Shown piece by piece: positions 61,123 to 64,000 of a DNA stretch of 64,000 nucleotides. Below the pieces are notes generated by a model. That model worked only from the letters and a program-made list of their open reading frames with translations, did not search any database and was not told the DNA's origin. Both the position numbers and the translations under genes were made by a program. The stretch spans positions 23,094 through 87,093 of the IMG/VR virus record IMGVR_UViG_3300033156_000272, one strand, 5' to 3'. Origin of the DNA: a virus. Positions within the stretch are counted from its first letter, which is position 1. The number at the start of each line of letters is the position of its first letter.

Positions 61123-62385
61123 TCATGCATACATCTCTCCTTGTGACTGGTTATTCTTCATTATCTCTTTGATGTTGTTTCTTATGTTCTTCGTTGTGAG
61201 TTCTTGTTTGAATATTATGCAATCTTCGAAGCCGGCACGAATGTCACTCCCTGTTATTCCACTCATTCCTTTGATGACAGCCTCACTGTCGATGTGTTCT
61301 GCGTCGAACTTCTTTGTGTAGTACGCCACTATCTTTTTCGATTGCTGGTATTCTGGCCTGTCGATTATCATTATTGGGCCAAATCTCCCTACGCGCAACA
61401 GTGCGGCGTCGAGGTCTCCAGGGCGATTCGTTGTGGCAAAGAATTTTACATTGCTGCTGTCACTCACTCCGTCAAGCAACCTGAGTAGTTGGTATACACT
61501 CGATCTGTTCACATCGCGATTTAGTCCGAGTTCGTCTATTTCGTCTATGAAGACTATTAGTTTTCTGTCGCTGTGTTTTAGGATGCGATGTAACATCGGG
61601 ATGTACTTCTCGAATCCTTGCTGTACGCTGACATTGAAATGAAACCAATTGGGCGTCCTTTTGATCACCTCCTTGGCGATCATGCTCTTTCCGCAACCAG
61701 GTGGTCCTGCGAGTAGGATATGTCTGTTCGATATTCTGGGATCCTCTACTGTTATTATATTCATGCAGCGTTCTATTTGGGTATCGTAGCCAGCTAGGTC
61801 AATGTTTCCAGTGTCTACCGATAGTTCGCGTTCAAGTACTACCTCTACTACTCTATTGAACATTTCGTATTCGTTATAGAATACTGCTAGTACTGCGCTG
61901 AGTCCGAGCATCCCATCGAGCGTGGGACTGAAGCTTACATAGGCATTCTGCTGGTGTCTGATTATGGTAACGTCGGCAACCACATTAAGTATGCCCACCT
62001 CACATCCGTGGTAGTTTTCTGTCAGTGTGAGTCCTTCTTCAGCTATGATCGGCTTGTATCCTTCTGTTGAACTGATGTACTTGCGCATCTTTATTAAGTA
62101 TCCTTCGCGGTGTTTTCTGTAGGGTTCTTTATACCTTCCTTTCAGTACTACAGGGTCATAGTAGTGTTTGTAGTCAAAGAAGATGTTATTCAGTACCCCA
62201 TTACCGAGATCAGTTATGCGACTTTGTATCTGGATCTTTGTGTCTTTCTTCTTGGCTTCTGATTCTTTGCGTCTTTTGCGTTTGTCTTCAAGCTCCGCCT
62301 CCTTCGCGGCTTTTACAGCGGCCGCCACCATACGTGTGTTGGCATCCCTTGTATCTTCGTCTTCTGTCTTTGATATGTTTTTCAT
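61123..62385 (-). CDS. AAA+ ATPase (classic clade)
   Basis: 'GPPGCGKS', 'VFIDEID', 'LLDG', 'TTNRP..LDAALLR.GRF'. Confidence 0.93.
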   Translation of the reverse strand: MKNISKTEDEDTRDANTRMVAAAVKAAKEAELEDKRKRRKESEAKKKDTKIQIQSRITDLGNGVLNNIFFDYKHYYDPVVLKGRYKEPYRKHREGYLIKMRKYISSTEGYKPIIAEEGLTLTENYHGCEVGILNVVADVTIIRHQQNAYVSFSPTLDGMLGLSAVLAVFYNEYEMFNRVVEVVLERELSVDTGNIDLAGYDTQIERCMNIITVEDPRISNRHILLAGPPGCGKSMIAKEVIKRTPNWFHFNVSVQQGFEKYIPMLHRILKHSDRKLIVFIDEIDELGLNRDVNRSSVYQLLRLLDGVSDSSNVKFFATTNRPGDLDAALLRVGRFGPIMIIDRPEYQQSKKIVAYYTKKFDAEHIDSEAVIKGMSGITGSDIRAGFEDCIIFKQELTTKNIRNNIKEIMKNNQSQGEMYA

Positions 62386-62465
62386 GTTTCATTCCTCATT
62401 GTTTGTTGTACTGCACTGTTGAGCTAAGATTCTTAATATATTGCTCCATATATAATATAGCTTTA

Positions 62466-62491
62466 ATAGTATATATAGTTTTTGGTTAGGT
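62466..62491 (-). promoter_or_regulatory. Promoter repeat CAAAAACTATATATACTAT (copy 3)
   Basis: Identical 19-mer upstream of the first minus-strand gene. Confidence 0.75.
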
Positions 62492-62587
62492 ACTGGTCGC
62501 ATATTCCAAAGGGAGGAGTCCTTTGGTCGCATTCCCATGTGGATCATTACTACACTCCTTACTCCACTTACTATATTGCTGTTCTAG

Positions 62588-62611
62588 TATATAAGGGTGT
62601 TGTAATTACAA
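62588..62611 (-). promoter_or_regulatory. Promoter: GTAATTAC-N6-CTTATATA
   Basis: Matches the recurring consensus; contains the palindrome TTGTAATTACAA. Confidence 0.65.
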
Positions 62612-62939
62612 TGGTTTATGTATCCTATCATTCCGCATTGTCGTACTACACTACTACTTGTGGATCCTTCCTTGCTCCCAAACGTTAAAGAGAACAGCGA
62701 GCTTTCTATTATAATATATATTATATAATATATACATACCACATTGTCGTACTATGCTGTTCATTCCTCCATATTGTCGTACTACACTGTATACTCCTAA
62801 TATATCGCGCAGTTGGTTCCAAGGGAACTTATACCCCGGGATGGCCCAATGAATATGATGGAAAATATTAGACCTGTTTGTGGTCTATAAAAATAATAAG
62901 AGACCCCCTTTTTTTTGCGAGAAAAGTAGGTAGAGATAA

Positions 62940-63860
62940 CCTGCTCATCGGAGGTATTATTGAAAAAAATGTTCGATCAGCCGGATACATTTCCCGGTTG
63001 TGGATTTACCGTAGCACGAATTGCGCCACATAGAGCGGCTCAACGTGGCTATTTGCGAAAAATAGCATGTCGCCTCCGGGGGGGGGCGCCAAAGTATTAC
63101 CGATCAGCGAGAAGAACAAGATCGAGAGGCTCATCGGCGATATCGCATGGGTTACATATTCACATGGCCGAACAGGCTAGACCGCCGTAAATTCGTCGGG
63201 TAACAACTAAAACATGTAGACCCATCTAGATTGCAGCTAATCTCCTGGACAGCCAGCTTACTTCAGCGAGGAAATCGAAAAAAAACGCGCGATGAGCCTT
63301 AAACATTTCACTAGTCGGGATTTCCCGATCACCCCCCGAGGAGAGGCTCAACAGCGATATCTTGGGGGGGTAAGAATGTCAGAGTGATCGACGGATGACA
63401 AAGATACGCTCAACAGCGCGCATTTTTAAATCTAGCTCTATATTGCGGCTATTCTTCGCTGCGGGGAGGGCGCAGAATATCGTGTCGAGGTGCTCATCGG
63501 CGATATTTTGGGAGTTACATGTAGCTAATGTCGTGAGATGGGATCTTGGTATTTCCCTAAACGCGGTATATTCACTGTGCGAAAAATATTGTACGGGTTA
63601 CATATTCACATGGCCGACTCACATGGCGGGATGTGAATTCGTCGGGTAATAATCAAAATGGGTATATCCATGTGAATTCGTCGGGTAATAACTAAAATGG
63701 GTAGACTCATAGTGTCCGCATTCAGTGCGCAAATAGCCTCATTCTTCTTCTCTGGGGAGCAGACATCGACACGAGTTGCATGTTGCATTCATTGCGCAAA
63801 TATTCACTTCTTCCTTCTCTAGGGATCAGGCATCGTGTCTCCATTCATTGCGCAAACTGT
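62940..63860. repeat. Non-coding region with several families of direct repeats (putative origin or terminus)
   Basis: About 6 GCTCAWCRGCGATAT-like copies; a 23-mer twice; a 39-mer in tandem plus a third copy; CATTCAKTGCGCAAA three times. Confidence 0.75.
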
Positions 63861-64000
63861 CATGGTGCTGGTTTCTTGTGGGCCGGAAGGTAGGTAGGAA
63901 GGAAGGCAGGCCGGACCTATTGGGAGGGAGCATGTGGTGTGGCCCAGCCAGGCTGGCACTAAGGAGTTCTCCTTTTGGGATCGTGGGTCTAGCGTGATGG

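Larger units (their letters stand above)
1..64000. mobile_element. Fragment of an archaeal head-tail (myovirus-like) virus genome
   Basis: Ordered sheath-tube-chaperone-tape measure-baseplate operon; PolB, MCM-like, ERCC4 and histone-fold genes; archaeal RBS (GGTGA/GGAGG) and TATA boxes; dense small ORFs; no host housekeeping genes or integrase in the window. Confidence 0.9.

Noticed and set aside
62940-63860. CRISPR or TIGR-like guide array
   Set aside because: The repeats are of several types with irregular spacing and no constant repeat-spacer period; no Cas or Nop-domain gene was recognised.
1-64000. Stop-codon reassignment, diversity-generating retroelement, introns or inteins
   Set aside because: Core genes are intact in the standard code, no reverse transcriptase or TR/VR pair was seen, and PolB and the MCM-like gene have no large insertions.

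Overview
This window is about 64 kb of a large archaeal tailed virus (myovirus-like). The archaeal call rests on GGTGA/GGAGG ribosome-binding sites, TATA-box promoters, family-B polymerase, MCM-like and ERCC4 genes, and a histone fold. Positions 1-14.8 kb (+) hold the neck, contractile tail and baseplate operon, with a -1 frameshift tail chaperone and a duplicated baseplate gene pair. Positions 14.9-34.6 kb (-) hold replication and nucleotide-metabolism genes, including most of a scattered 7-deazaguanine pathway (FolE2, QueC, QueE, TGT/DpdA-like; QueD lies at 55.7 kb). Positions 34.7-62.4 kb (-) are mostly small accessory ORFs, and 62.4-64 kb is a repeat-rich non-coding region. The most unusual part is an RNA island at 42.9-45.5 kb. 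It has one normal tRNA-Lys, several tRNA-like RNAs with altered middles, and a DUF6847/DIP1984-like coiled-coil gene flanked by two large structured RNAs. The downstream RNA is closed by a 13-bp helix that sequesters the gene's stop codon and contains a tRNA mimic plus about 12 heptamer repeats, suggesting a ribonucleoprotein system. All calls come from reading motifs by eye; no searches or folding programs were run.
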